From Oopsacas minuta (taxonomy: Eukaryota > Animalia > Porifera), in the NCBI GenBank assembly GCA_024704765.1, contig JAKMXF010000088.1, positions 310,001-374,000 of the forward strand: a stretch of 64,000 bases of DNA. Reading direction: 5' to 3'. Shown one piece after another: positions 47,750 through 60,466 of this stretch. Under the pieces are notes generated by a model that did no database searches, had not been told where the DNA came from, and saw only the letters and a program-made list of their open reading frames with translations. The position numbers were made by a program, and so were the translations under genes. The number at the start of each line of letters is the position of its first letter. Position 1 is the stretch's first letter.

Positions 47750-48838
47750 TCAGAGAAGTTTATGAGAAGTTATTATATTAGCTTTTATCAAATCTTCAGT
47801 TATCGTGTCCAGAATAAATCGGATATTGTCAGTATCAGTCGCGCATGAGTAATGAGAAAATAGAATACGTTTCGGGTCTTTATTCACCTTCAGAAACTGT
47901 TGTTTTATGTACTCAGAAACTTCTTGGTATGTATTATTCCCAGTGTACTGTGGGAAACACACTGTAATTGATGATTCTTTGAGTTTCATCTGTAACAGAT
48001 CTTTCTTGTTGAACAGTACTATTATCGCGGTATCTACAAACCATTTATTATTCAATACAGTCGTGAATAGTTTGATACTTTCGTGTAGTCGATTGACTGA
48101 ATTGTCTTCACGTAGTGTCAGATCAAAAGCTGATAAAGCAACGCAGTAGAGGATAGCTCGTACTCCTTCGAAACAGTTCACCCATTTTCTACGCTCGGAG
48201 CGTTGACCTCCGACATCAACAAGTTTGAATTTCACTTTATTATACGTGAATAACGTCTCTGTAATCCCAGTAGATTTAACGCGGGTTCGTAGTATGTCCT
48301 GCTCAGTCGGTTGATAACGCTTACCACCGATACGCGACAAACTATCCAAGTAATATTTCGCAGAATCATTCAGCTGAAATTCACTGGATCGACGGAAACA
48401 ATACTGTACACCTGCGTCGGCCCATACACGCTTCATCGCTGCCGTGAGCTCCTCAGAGAAAGGCTCCGTATCGGCTTGTTCATTCACAACTTGCGTAATA
48501 GTATTCGCATCATCTTTCCTACTCTCATCTGCTAGTGCTATATTCAATTTCCGCATAGCAGTGATTATAGCGTATAGTGATTGGATGGTATTGGAGAATA
48601 TTATAGGTAAGAATTGGTTTATTTCATCTTGTGTAAAGCCTTGTTCATGGATTATCTTGATTTGCTTCACAATAGTACTCTTTCCGGATTCTCCAGCCCC
48701 TAACAATAGAAGTTTTATCTCTTTACTGTAGTCCCCTCTTGCTGATTGAATACCCTCAGTGTCTGCTAGGTATTTTCTGCCTGGAGCTGAGGATCGCACT
48801 GGCCCAGTATCGTTGCTACGACTATTCACACAACCCAT
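47750..48838 (-). CDS. Heterotrimeric G-protein alpha subunit (Gi/o-like, divergent), intronless
   Basis: MGCVNS N-terminus, KLLLLGAGESGKSTIVKQ, DILRTRVKSTGI, DVGGQRSERRKW, FNKKDL and SCATDT; 362 aa from the ATG at 48838. Confidence 0.95.
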   Translation of the reverse strand: MGCVNSRSNDTGPVRSSAPGRKYLADTEGIQSARGDYSKEIKLLLLGAGESGKSTIVKQIKIIHEQGFTQDEINQFLPIIFSNTIQSLYAIITAMRKLNIALADESRKDDANTITQVVNEQADTEPFSEELTAAMKRVWADAGVQYCFRRSSEFQLNDSAKYYLDSLSRIGGKRYQPTEQDILRTRVKSTGITETLFTYNKVKFKLVDVGGQRSERRKWVNCFEGVRAILYCVALSAFDLTLREDNSVNRLHESIKLFTTVLNNKWFVDTAIIVLFNKKDLLQMKLKESSITVCFPQYTGNNTYQEVSEYIKQQFLKVNKDPKRILFSHYSCATDTDNIRFILDTITEDLIKANIITSHKLL

Positions 48839-50135
48839 TACGGGCAATACTCTAGAAATACTTGAATAGGATAAATGAATATACATTAGTATTAGAACTT
48901 ACTATATTTCGAGAGAAAATAGACATATAGGATTATAGGTCTCCATAAATATATCAATTTTCGAACGTGCGCGTGATGTCTCAAAAGTGTGAGATCCACG
49001 CGTAAAGCGGACATGTTGGAAGTAATTCGGATTATCACACACATGTCACGTCAAATGGTTCGATTTTGGTGGAACGCCCGCCTTTTCGGAGATGAGTTGA
49101 GGCTAATGACTTGCAGAAACTTGCCAAAAACCTTAGTTGGCCTAGTCTTATGCAAATATGCTAACTCCTGCTAAATTAATACTTTCAGTCACGCATATTA
49201 TTCAAAGAGTTTGTCAAGTATATAATTGATACTTAAACATTACAAAGGTCAGTGCTGATAATTTAAATGATTTGTCTCCCAGATGTACTCCAGACCAGAC
49301 TAAGGTTTACACTTGTCTCTCAATTATCCTTGTATATTATAGCCTGGAATTTTCACTTCTATATATTCCGTATGAGTTATTGTGCTGAGTTGATTATACA
49401 AAGACTAACTGGACTTTCCTGGAATCGGGATAACTTGGATAGCTCCATCGTTGGGGATACAATTATGAACCCCAAGTGACCAGCATTTCTAGCAATAACT
49501 AGTATTACAATAGAGTCTCGTTAATACGAACACGGTTAAGACGTACTCCAGATAAGGAGTGGAATATTCGCAGTCCCTTGGTGTACGTATTAACGAGACT
49601 CTACTGACGTAATGCAATTATCCACTCAATGTTATTTGAGTAATATTTTTCATAGAAACTATTATCCTTACTTGTCTATATTTGTAATATCCGTAAAAAC
49701 GGTGTGATGACCAGCATATGGAGAGATAATTATAAGTTGGGGTCTATGATTTTATATCATTAGAGACATTGGGAAGATTGCCAATTTACACTGTAGGAGT
49801 GGGGCAAAATGAACTAGAACCAACGAACTAATCTTTATGATAATACGTATCTATCGCCAATGGTTTATGATTTATTCATTTGGTGCACCGCTTATAAATT
49901 GCACGATCCAGTTAGGCCCTAAATTTAGAGTTAGAGCTTTTTAGAAAGTAACACATATAAATATAAATCATGTTTTTGAACAACATTACGTAAAAGTAGA
50001 AAATAAGTTAGCCGTTTAGAATATATCCCTATGTATATCTTCACATAGTTTGTCTTATATATTAAATAACCGGGGGAAATATCTTAATTAACACAGCATG
50101 AACTGAGTATATATTTTCCTAAGAATTGACTTAGT

Positions 50136-50226
50136 GGGGTCAAAATTGACCCCGGATTGATCATTAATTAATTGACGAAGTGGGGTCAGAATTGACCCAA
50201 AATTTAATGGGGTCATTATTGACCCC
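50136..50226. repeat. Three copies of the 18-bp palindrome GGGGTCA-N4-TGACCCC
   Basis: Copies at 50136-50153, 50182-50199 (last base A) and 50209-50226. Confidence 0.9.
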
Positions 50227-52251
50227 ACACAGTCTACCCAAAGTTAAAACTTACTATGAAGTGATAATCTGGGACACTCCAATAATATGAAATATTGTTA
50301 ACACAACAAGCATCAATGAGATTAAGAAGTAAATATCCAAATATGACTTAGTCACTAATAATAATTAGTAAATTATAGGAAAGTTGTAAGCACTTAGGGA
50401 TATATTATTAATATGAAAAGTTAATTGAACTGAAAGTACGAAAGTGTTATTTGGAGAACTAAAATTATCACAGATTGAAAGCACTGATTATAATGTTTTC
50501 TATTTGTTGTCGTATTCATTCTAGGATTGAATCATTTATGACATCATAATTTTAATAATTTAGTTAATTTCTTTAAGGACCCATTAATCAAAAAACGGCT
50601 TTACAACTTTTAGGGGCGAGTTGAAGCTCACGTGTGTTAGAGACTAATTGCCCCGATAGCCCCCCCCTATGCATCAACGGCCTGCTTCTACCTAATAGAA
50701 ATATCAGTTATTAAATATATTTTGCAACTCCCAAGGCTGTTCTTATAAGCGATAACCATTGTAATGGTAAAATGATATTATCCCCATCCATACAAGTATA
50801 ATTCCTGAGTCTACTTCAATACACAACGTAGGAGATTATATACTGATAAGATAATTCACATGTAATCAGTAATGATGATGAAAATATTACTTTATGAGTA
50901 TTAAATTACGAAAATTATCTGAAACCTACGAAATTATGAAATCTACTACTCTTTTGAAAGTCGAAAAGGGTTTCCACTACTATAAGAATGCATATTGCCG
51001 ATAGCATTGTGTTTATCTCTGAAGAAAGTTGCAATAATGTTAATACAACTCCCAATGGAGTACAATCCTCTATAATAATGATTGCTTGCATGAATATATG
51101 AGTTGTGCATACGTATAAAGAGCTGTTATAGGAGCAGCAGGTATGTACGTAGTAAAAGATGGTTCTGGATTACTATCTAGTATTTTAATAATCATATGTA
51201 CGTATCACCATGTAATGATATACTCAAATAAATAGTGAGTGATATATCTATACTCTACTTACTTGTCTATTATACATCTGCATTGTATATTGTCCAATGG
51301 GTATGGTATCTCATAGTTCACTTAGAACACATTGTTCACTGATGGATAACTAGAGAAATATTCTGTATTCCAAAACTATTTCGCGGTTTGTATTGCCAGT
51401 GGTGTAGCCGGCCTTGGGAGACTACAGGCGCATGGGTGGCGCGAACCACCTTGTCTAAGCCACTGTATATAGTTCGGACTGTAGTTATATTCAGATCTTT
51501 CAATTTCTATAAATTAACAGAGTCTGTTGGAACAAGAATAAATAAATTCACCTTTACATAGCAAGGAATTGAATACCTAATATTCTAATCCATAATACTC
51601 GTGACTTTGTAATCCTTTAAGAAAATGCACGAGGAGAATTATAATAACCTATTTGTTTGAAAAGAAAGAAGTTTTTTGTAAAGATTATGACTATCTTGTA
51701 TGTTGTACAATTTATCGTCGTAGCCAGATGTTCAATTTGTGTTCAAATTGGTAGAATCTAGATTCTCCTTATTTTGAATAATCTGTGAAACACGTAGGAT
51801 AGGTTACTATAAAACAGCTTATATGTGTATTAAGTAACATAATGTTTGTAGAAAACGAGGCTGTGAAAATATTGATGATGTTTGTAAGATTTATCTTCTA
51901 AAGTAGATAATCTAAATTTTCTATGACTCGTTTGAATTTCCAATACTGTAAAAATCAAATATTAAACAGATAATATTCGTAATAGATGTATTGCAAGAAT
52001 TTCATTTCTGAATTTACTGAATAGATTATGAGTCATTATAGAAACTCTTATATGAGATATATCTGATTTGGTTATCAGAGAGTTGAGTGTATAACAATTA
52101 GTAAATATATCATCTGTGATATTTATTTCATGGTTCGATTGATAACCCCGATAATTGAAGAACTAAAGTCCCAACCAAAAATCTTGTTCATATTGAAAGT
52201 TAGTCATTTGATGGTAGACAAAGATAGACTAACTTAAGTATAAATAACCCT

Positions 52252-53244
52252 ATGGAAATGAAAAATTATATTCGAATTCAATTCAAAATGCACTACCAAG
52301 CTCTACAACAACAACAACAACAACAACAGTACCAAAATAACATTCCAATCCGTTATAAAACGCCAGAAATAAACCCAAGAATCAGGGAATTCGCATCTAA
52401 TGAGAAATTCCTAAGACGTTCTCCATCTCTTGACACGAGACCCGAGTACATCAACCTAAGAGAACTTCCTCTTCATATACACCATCCACCCAAAGAAGTG
52501 CACATGAACTCGGAAAGGGGATATTTAGCAAACAAGCCGAAGGCCATTACTCCCCCGGAGTTCAGTAAATTTAACCATTTCCCACCTGCATCTCCAATAC
52601 GCTCGAACACCCCAGACGGGCGACACTTCAGGACTAATGAGCATGAAATTCTGCATAATCTAAACCCAGTTCACCCGATACAAATACAACAGCATCATAA
52701 TCAATGCATTTCCCCTTTAGGAAGGAAGGATGCTCGTGACGCGTACCAGTTGGCGAACAACGAACGAACAATAGAGATTTTGAAGGATCAATCAAAACAG
52801 GATAAAAGGGAGATGGAAAAAATGAGACGAGAAATTGAAAATCTACATGATTGCATAGGAAAACTCTCAATCGAAAACTATCAAGCCAAGAATCTCCTCG
52901 AACAAGAAACCGAGGAGAATTCAAAGTTGAGCACTCAACTCGCAAGAACTAACCTTGAGCTAGCAGAACTACGAGAAAAGCATCTTGTATCCAGAAGGGC
53001 AGTGTTTGAATTCCAAACAGGTCAAGTCCGTAACCATGACAACAGACAGAATATCACTGCAAACATGATTATTTCTCCAGAGCACATGTCAGCAATCAGA
53101 GGTTACAACAATAAAGTTGAAGAGATGGAGAGGAAGCTATGGGAGAAGAATCAGGAACTAAATGTCATGAAGATGACTTGTGAGATTGAAAGGAAAGAGA
53201 AGATGAACTACTCGAACTTTATGAAGATGCTCTATATCTCCTAG
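52252..53244 (+). CDS. Orphan protein: poly-Q/Pro-rich N-half and coiled-coil C-half, intronless
   Basis: 330 aa ORF with a (CAA)n poly-Q tract, SP/TP-rich region and heptad-like segments. Confidence 0.7.
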   Translation: MEMKNYIRIQFKMHYQALQQQQQQQQYQNNIPIRYKTPEINPRIREFASNEKFLRRSPSLDTRPEYINLRELPLHIHHPPKEVHMNSERGYLANKPKAITPPEFSKFNHFPPASPIRSNTPDGRHFRTNEHEILHNLNPVHPIQIQQHHNQCISPLGRKDARDAYQLANNERTIEILKDQSKQDKREMEKMRREIENLHDCIGKLSIENYQAKNLLEQETEENSKLSTQLARTNLELAELREKHLVSRRAVFEFQTGQVRNHDNRQNITANMIISPEHMSAIRGYNNKVEEMERKLWEKNQELNVMKMTCEIERKEKMNYSNFMKMLYIS

Positions 53245-56200
53245 AGAAATGCAGTGCTTAATAAGACTGTAAATAATTGAACTAAAAACCGCTCTTACAA
53301 TTGTATATTATTGTTCTTACCCTTATTTCTCATACTTATTCTATGTTATATGTATTTTGATTACAGGAATAAATCGAAAATTGAATTGCTTAATTAATTA
53401 ATTATTAGGGAATGAGTATTGATATGATAAATTGGCCTTGGATAAGAAATTTGGAATTCCAGTAATTGAAGAATTGTCCAAAAGTATTCACTCGTATAAT
53501 AAAAGTTTCTATAAAATTTAATAATTTTCATCCAACAAAATGAAGAAAAAGAGTATACAATATTTTGGAAAAAGGGCTAAAAAGAGAAACCATAAAGTTA
53601 GCATAGTCTGACAAGGTAAAAACATATATAATTCAGAAATAATCGTATATTCTAATAGCTTCATACAAATTATTAAATGAGCACTACGTATGTGATCCTA
53701 CAGTAATAAGAGATATTAATATTATTGAACTAAGTGATGCGAAAAGCAGAATTTGGCTAAAAAGATATTTACAGTTTATTGGACATTAATTCAAGAAAAT
53801 ATGGTTTGTATATAATTATCCCTATAATGAATAATAGCTTATCTAAACTTTGAATTGAAATAAGATACGGAGACAATGAATCAACTACCTCATCTACCTT
53901 TAGGGCGTATTCAAACGATTTAATTCGTCTCTCGAGTAGAAAAATATCTTGTTAACCATAGTACAATAATTTCCCATCAAACACCTTTCCCAAAATGCTA
54001 GAAAATAAGCCAAACTTCATATATGATGTATTACCCATTAAATGTATTATCTATTACCTCGCTCTATGTCTAACCACCTGAAATCTGAAGTTTCTACCGA
54101 TGTAAAAATAATGAAATATCCAATGTACATTATGCTGTTGAATACCTGGCAACCAGAGTGAAGAAAAAACCAGGACGGAATGACTCATTTAGCGGGACAT
54201 CGCGGGACATAGCAATAGAATAGACTACAAAAAGGCGTGATAGGTTTTGGGCAAGATTTCCGGGACATTAGCTTTAAGCCCTCAACACATATCCGAAAAA
54301 TCGGGATTTCCAAAATACTATATTTAAAATAAAATTTGGGTACTTTATTTTTAGTCCGGAATTGATTGAGTATATAGCAAGAGCGATAAACTTGTAATTT
54401 AATATTTGTGTGTGTGTGGGGGGATACTAAGTTGTTTAATACGTCTTGTAATGAAGACGTATTACGTATAATGCGTATTATACGTTCAATCTACAATTTT
54501 TGGTGACGTACTTCTATTGGGCTGATTTCTGCAATATATATTTCGTATGAAAACAGAAGTTCTCGAATTGTTAATGAGAAATATCAGCTTTTTTGACCAA
54601 ATTATATAATAATTGATAATCATGTATAAGTCTAAAAGTGTCAAAATCTCCTATTTCGAGATTAACCTAGACGTTAATACAACTTAGGTGGAATATGCTA
54701 TGTAACAGGCAATTCATAAACTACAATGATTTTAGCTTGGGTAACGTTGAAAAGAACAAATATTGAAGATCAAGATCGATCTTTATATGAAAAGTTGAAA
54801 CGATGGAAGAAGATATTACACTTCACGAGCTAAAGAATTACACGCTTGAATCAAGCAATTTCATACTTTAGTCAAATGATTCTACACATGCCTGAGCAAA
54901 TAGTGCATAATATAATAAGAATTAAGCATTTTGTATTACCTGAAAAGCATTCTTTTACTAAAGTAAGACTAGAAAATGTGATTAATTAACTCATTTCGTT
55001 ATCAATGAACTTGTGGTTATATTTTATTGAAATATTTGTTAATTGTCAGTAATCTCACATATGATACAATCGAGTTTTCTAGCTGTCTAAATATCCAAAG
55101 AATAAAGTATAATAAATCCAGATTGTCATAGACAATTATATCTTGAAGTTACATATTATTTGTAGGGCATTATTCATAAACTGTGAGGATGTTGGAAGAA
55201 CTAAATTTATCAACAACAGGTTCTAATATTGCTCTTCACTCTAAAAATGATTCCTTCCTGATCTCTGTTTCCTACAAATTCATGGATGAAAATAAGTAAT
55301 TACTTTACATGGCCTGCCAAATAGCTTCATAGCCAGCTTGAATGTATGCATAAAATTTCTGAGAAATAGCGCACTAACTGTCGCGTGATACACAAGTGTT
55401 ACAATACCCTAACACCCCAGTAGCATCTAGGTAACTTTGGTATGTATGTTAATACAGTAGAAACATTATTGTCTCCCTAAAAGCACGAGAAAGCAGTAAA
55501 AAAGCCGTTAGCAAAAATTTTAGACTATCAACCGTGGTGAACAAAGGTATTTTTAATTCACAATCTTAACTGTGACGATAACTAGTATGTTTTTGGAGTT
55601 TACCTACCCATAAAGTGCTAAAACATAAATTAATTATATGAACCACTCAGATCACTTTATAGAAGTACAAGTGAATATGCTACTTTCAGTATAATCCAAT
55701 TAATTATTGTAGGTAGATTTCTCATGATTGTAATTCGTAAGTATACGTTAATTTTAGGTTTATTTTATAATTAGAAATCTTGCAATTATTAAAATATTTG
55801 TAGCCCTGAGTAATACTGAAGGGTGCTCTTCCTGGGTTATCGTCTAAGGAAATGTCAATAATTTCCTTGTATGGAATATGGAAATTCCATTATCAGGTGC
55901 TGAATTTTGTTATTAGCATGCAATGAAGATGAACAATATTAGCTCATTTTCATTAAGTAATATGTTTCTCAATTAGAGATTTAATATCGATAAAATGAAC
56001 TAAATACAATGGATCATAGGATTAATTCTAAATACACGCACGCACAGAAAGTGAAAATGATTGTCAAATTTTCCTCTAGAAATCTGGGTCTCCAATGAAT
56101 TTCATGAAGAAATATATTCAGTAGTGTTGATTTTACCTTTTCTCAACTCTAACAATTACATACAGAATCTTAGGGTTTCTATTTTCCAAAGTTCATTAGA

Positions 56201-56363
56201 TTCATCAACTTTATAATGTTATATCGAAGCTCAAGGAATCGCGATAATTACTTCGATATTACCAATGAAATATATCTCACTTTGATAGTTTGGGATCATA
56301 TTTGTATAATTTTAGAGTTCGATATAACGGGGGAGTTACCTGTAATATAGGCAATTGCAATTG

Positions 56364-56523
56364 CATACTTGCCAACCTGAGTGAACAAAAATCAGGAGGG
56401 AAGTCACTAATTTAGTGGGACATCGCGGGACGTAGCATATTTGTATTAGACCAGTTTTGGCGGGATATTAGCCTCATCGGCCCTCATCATGTGTCCAAAA
56501 AAGCGGGACAGTTGGTAAGTATG
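56364..56523. mobile_element. Unclassified short TIR element
   Basis: TIR CATACTTGCCAAC / GTTGGTAAGTATG flanked by CAATTG on both sides. Related internal sequence (GCGGGACATCGCGGGAC) at ~54144-54320; ends also seen at ~22780 and ~25000. Confidence 0.65.
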
Positions 56524-56684
56524 CAATTGGTATGGTGAATTCAAAAGGCATATGAAATACCAAGGATTCACTTAATCAACCGAATAAACATATATTACAA
56601 CCATAAGTATCATTAAATAAATTTATAACTTCGAAACAATTTATGAACGTAACTAGGTATTAAAAGGAAACACATCAACACCAA

Positions 56685-57515
56685 TTAGAATATATTAAAT
56701 AATTGTACACCAGAATTAGAGAGGGAAATAATCTTGTCTTTCTTATAAACAGCAATCGCGCTTGGAGTAAAAGAGAAAATATCGAATAAATTTATCTCTA
56801 CAATCTCTCCTCGCTCCAAATTGAGGAAATAGAGGAAACGATGTATAGGAGAAGTGAAAATAAAATTACCAGCAGGGTCAATTGTGAATTGTTTAATACG
56901 AGTAAATTTGGGCAAATTCAGAGAGATAATTGTAATAAAATTTCCTTCTAGAGTAAATACACCCATAAGGAGCGGTTTTTGTGTTACAACAAACACACAA
57001 TTTGAATGAATTGCTAAGTCAATCGGACAAATAGACATTTCCTTGAATTCAAACAAATTTGTAAGTGCAGTGTCAAAGGCAACTATTCGGCCGTTTCCCC
57101 AATCACAAACATAGACAACTTCGAGGTAATATTGTATAGATGTTGGCCAACAAAACTCAACATCACTTGCACTTCCGACTTCATAAATCAACTCTCCGGC
57201 TTTTGAATAACAAATAATGCTATTCGTAAAACTATCCGAAACAAATATATTCAAATCTGTAAATGCTATTCCACTAGGTCTAACTAAACCACTGCTTATC
57301 ACGTGCACACATGTAGCTATCTGTTCATGTATCAATATTGTCATAACAGATCCAAAACCTTCATGCGTTTCTCCAATATAGAGTTCTTTAGCTAGATTGT
57401 CAATAGCTATACACCGTGGATCCAATAAACTTAATTTGTTAGCTGGTTCTATTGGTATTACTTGTGTAGTTGAGATATTGTAATCTCTATACTTGTGTCC
57501 TGTTGTTGCTATCAT
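56685..57515 (-). CDS. Divergent NHL/YVTN-like six-bladed beta-propeller protein (may have an upstream exon)
   Basis: 276 aa with blade motifs LLDPRCIAID, LVRPSGIAF..IFVSD, FCWPTSI..VYVCDWGNGRIVAF and CPIDLAI. A possible acceptor (ttttaatag) lies just upstream. Confidence 0.72.
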   Translation of the reverse strand: MIATTGHKYRDYNISTTQVIPIEPANKLSLLDPRCIAIDNLAKELYIGETHEGFGSVMTILIHEQIATCVHVISSGLVRPSGIAFTDLNIFVSDSFTNSIICYSKAGELIYEVGSASDVEFCWPTSIQYYLEVVYVCDWGNGRIVAFDTALTNLFEFKEMSICPIDLAIHSNCVFVVTQKPLLMGVFTLEGNFITIISLNLPKFTRIKQFTIDPAGNFIFTSPIHRFLYFLNLERGEIVEINLFDIFSFTPSAIAVYKKDKIISLSNSGVQLFNIF

Positions 57516-58004
57516 TATTTGTCTATTAAAAATACAGCTGACATAATTAGGTTATCGTTTAATCGGGTCAATTACTATAGACAGAATTATACGAATTCAA
57601 TGGAAGTCTCTTAATTGGGATACGGATAGGCGGGATATTTGGTTAATTGGAAAGAAATTTTGGGTTTACGGCTTATGGAAAATGATCATAATGGATCGAA
57701 ACACTACATTTATCAATTCGCCAAAAATTTTTCTAAAATTTCAAATTTTGCATACTGGGGTTAATATATGCAAAACATTACTCCCGAATTTTTCAGATTA
57801 ATCTGCTTCCCTCTAGTTAGTCTAGTATATATCTCCACTATATTCAATACCCCAGGGCAAATAATCCAATGCATTGTTACCAAATGAAATAGACTTTAAA
57901 TTTCACGAATTCGCCTTATAATCATTGATGATATATACCTCCTATCAACAGAATACCTATCAGAATACAATCGTAATATTTGACTATTAATAATATAAAT
58001 AACA

Positions 58005-58337
58005 TTAAGGAATCTCTATCTCCTCAGCAGTAGTAGATTCTGTGTATCCAGGGAGGTTTTTAGCTGATTTTAGTGAATTCTGACAATTCCCTATTGAATA
58101 GCCAGAAGCTAAACCTAATGCTAGGCAGATCGGCCAACCACGGAACGGTTTTCTGTAAAGTAGAAAGTTAAATAGAACCCCTATGCCAAACCCTATACTG
58201 TTTCGTGTTAAGAATTCTGCAATACAATTGTCTATACGATGAGATACTTCACCTTTCCCATTGAACACTTGAGGAGTTTGTAAGCTATCTATACTGGGAG
58301 TATTCTGTTTGGGAGTTATATCTTTGCTATCTGACAT
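58005..58337 (-). CDS. MICOS10: MICOS subunit MIC10 (MINOS1) homologue, intronless
   Basis: D.C.A.F..R.SIGFGIGVLFNFLLYRK..RGWP..L..G.A.GYS..NCQ, i.e. two glycine-motif TM helices around a basic loop as in MIC10. Confidence 0.78.
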   Translation of the reverse strand: MSDSKDITPKQNTPSIDSLQTPQVFNGKGEVSHRIDNCIAEFLTRNSIGFGIGVLFNFLLYRKPFRGWPICLALGLASGYSIGNCQNSLKSAKNLPGYTESTTAEEIEIP

Positions 58338-59286
58338 CACTAATAGTAGCTAATGTGAGTATCTTAAATGAATTGATTGAATTTCTTAACTGAAATAAAA
58401 TTAGATCGGAATTCCGCGAAATTTAGAAGATATATATATATATATATTCATGCGGGCAAATATCTGTATTTTAATCCACACACACATAACACGAAAATAC
58501 ATAATTCCGATCGAAGCAATTAGTGTTCATCCAGCCCTTCATTGTCATATGGGAAATAGAATTCTCAATATTTCGACTTGTCCCGTGAATACAGAATGAT
58601 GGCAACATTTTCTATGATTTGAAAAAGTTAAAAAGCCAATTTGAATAGATATCTGACCGGAAATTGCTTTAAATTTGTATGAGGATGATGTATGCATGAT
58701 TAGTATGAAATCAAAATATTAAGAGTGTAATATAGGACAAATCAATAGAGTTAGAACATAACGTCTACAGCTGAATAGATTGTTAGCAGAATAACAGTAC
58801 ACTATTGTGAAATGTCTGTACCAACATAAGGGTAACTGTTACAGATATTATAAGGCATAAAATTTCTATTTTAATCTTCAATCAGTTTTGGAATATGAAC
58901 ACTCATCATTATTGCAAAATAATTATTTGTATTTTAATCAATTCTGCAAATATCCTCGCGTAAGTCAGTTTTTATCGAAAGTAGGAGAAGTTTAATCATG
59001 AGTATTCAAACAAATCATCATTGGAAAGTAAGTACACTGACACGCGTTAGAAATAAACAGGAAATACATTTTGCGAATATAGTCAAGTGTGGAAAAATAG
59101 GGGACAAATGGTAAAACTTTTAAATACTTAGAGTAAAAAGCTTACGAAATATATATTTAAGTCAGTTTAGAAAGGAATGACACAGAATTTACCCTAATAA
59201 TATTGATGACATAATACTATCATAGACTGTATAAATACTTAACAAACAAAAAAACTATACAAAAATCAAATATTAAAATATAAAAA

Positions 59287-59907
59287 ATGACTCATTATCA
59301 AAATCTCGAGATGGTTTTAAGATGTGATGGATTAAGAGGATGCATGCCCAAAAAATGCCAAACAACCTATGGTAAGATTAAATGTCATCCAGATCCTTCA
59401 GCTAGAGAAGGGATTGAACTCGCGAAAATATACGACAACCTCCAACAGGAAAGGACACGAGCGGACAAGACGGAAAGGGAAAATGAACTCAATATGAAAA
59501 AACTAAAGGCAATAACAAATGAACTACAACAATGTGAAAAGGAGAGGGAAAGTTATCAAAATGAAAATGCAAAACTCAGGGAATTAAATTTACAAATGTT
59601 AACAAACGCCGCTCCTAAAAAGGAATCAGTTGAGCTAGCAACTGTTAGGACAATGCTGGAAATAAAAGATAAAGAAGCAGAGGACATATTTAAACGAGCA
59701 CAAAATCTCGAGAAAGAGTTGGAACAAATGAGAAAGGCTTTGAGAGAAAAAACAGGGGAAATTTTAGATGTTCGTGAAAAATTCAAAAAATCACAAAGTG
59801 AAAAATTAGAGATGGAAACTCAAAACAAAATATTGCAAGCCAAAAGTAAAGAAGTTGAAGAAGAGAATAAAACTTATAAATATCTTCTTCTTAAAGAGGA
59901 AAATTAA
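59287..59907 (+). CDS. Orphan coiled-coil protein, intronless
   Basis: 206 aa with a Cys-containing N-terminus followed by continuous E/K-rich heptads. Confidence 0.65.
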   Translation: MTHYQNLEMVLRCDGLRGCMPKKCQTTYGKIKCHPDPSAREGIELAKIYDNLQQERTRADKTERENELNMKKLKAITNELQQCEKERESYQNENAKLRELNLQMLTNAAPKKESVELATVRTMLEIKDKEAEDIFKRAQNLEKELEQMRKALREKTGEILDVREKFKKSQSEKLEMETQNKILQAKSKEVEEENKTYKYLLLKEEN

Positions 59908-60123
59908 AACTGTCATTTTAGGCTGTAAGAACATTAACTTCTATAAAACATATTTATTCGTTGAAAATAAGCTAAGATTAGTAAATAATTCGGGGGGAAA
60001 TGGGTATTGGGCACCGTTACTTTCGGAAAATTTCAAATTAGGATATAGAAAATGGTGTGGAAGATAATTTATATTAATTATAGGAAACTAATGCTCAATG
60101 AAATACACAGACAAGTTAGTTTA

Positions 60124-60466
60124 GGCCTCTGTTAGTTGGAAACATGTTTCAGCTCCACCACCCGAATCTTATTTGGCTATCGCACTAATATTGTCATTAT
60201 TTCACCATATACTTAATGCATTTCACCTCAAGGTGTATAAACTGGCTAGTAACACAATAGAAGTATATTTTTCATAGTCTAGCCTATTCTCATATCAAAT
60301 TTGACTTTAGTAATTATAATATTTTATGAATGAAGTCAATAGACCAATTTTCCAGCTGATACCTCACAAAACAATGAGATAATGATAATGAACCGCTCGA
60401 CCGCCCGCATGCATGTTCAGGTGGATCTAATGTGGAACTGAAACAAGTTCATCATTAATAATGGCC
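60124..60466. mobile_element. Tourist/PIF-Harbinger-like MITE with intact target-site duplication
   Basis: TTA|GGCC ... GGCC|TTA, imperfect subterminal inverted repeats, 343 bp. Second copy at 22910-23249. Confidence 0.8.

Noticed and set aside
54726-54990. Possible decayed membrane-protein ORF
   Set aside because: Interrupted by a stop after 35 codons, and similarity to the 7TM family is too weak to support by eye.
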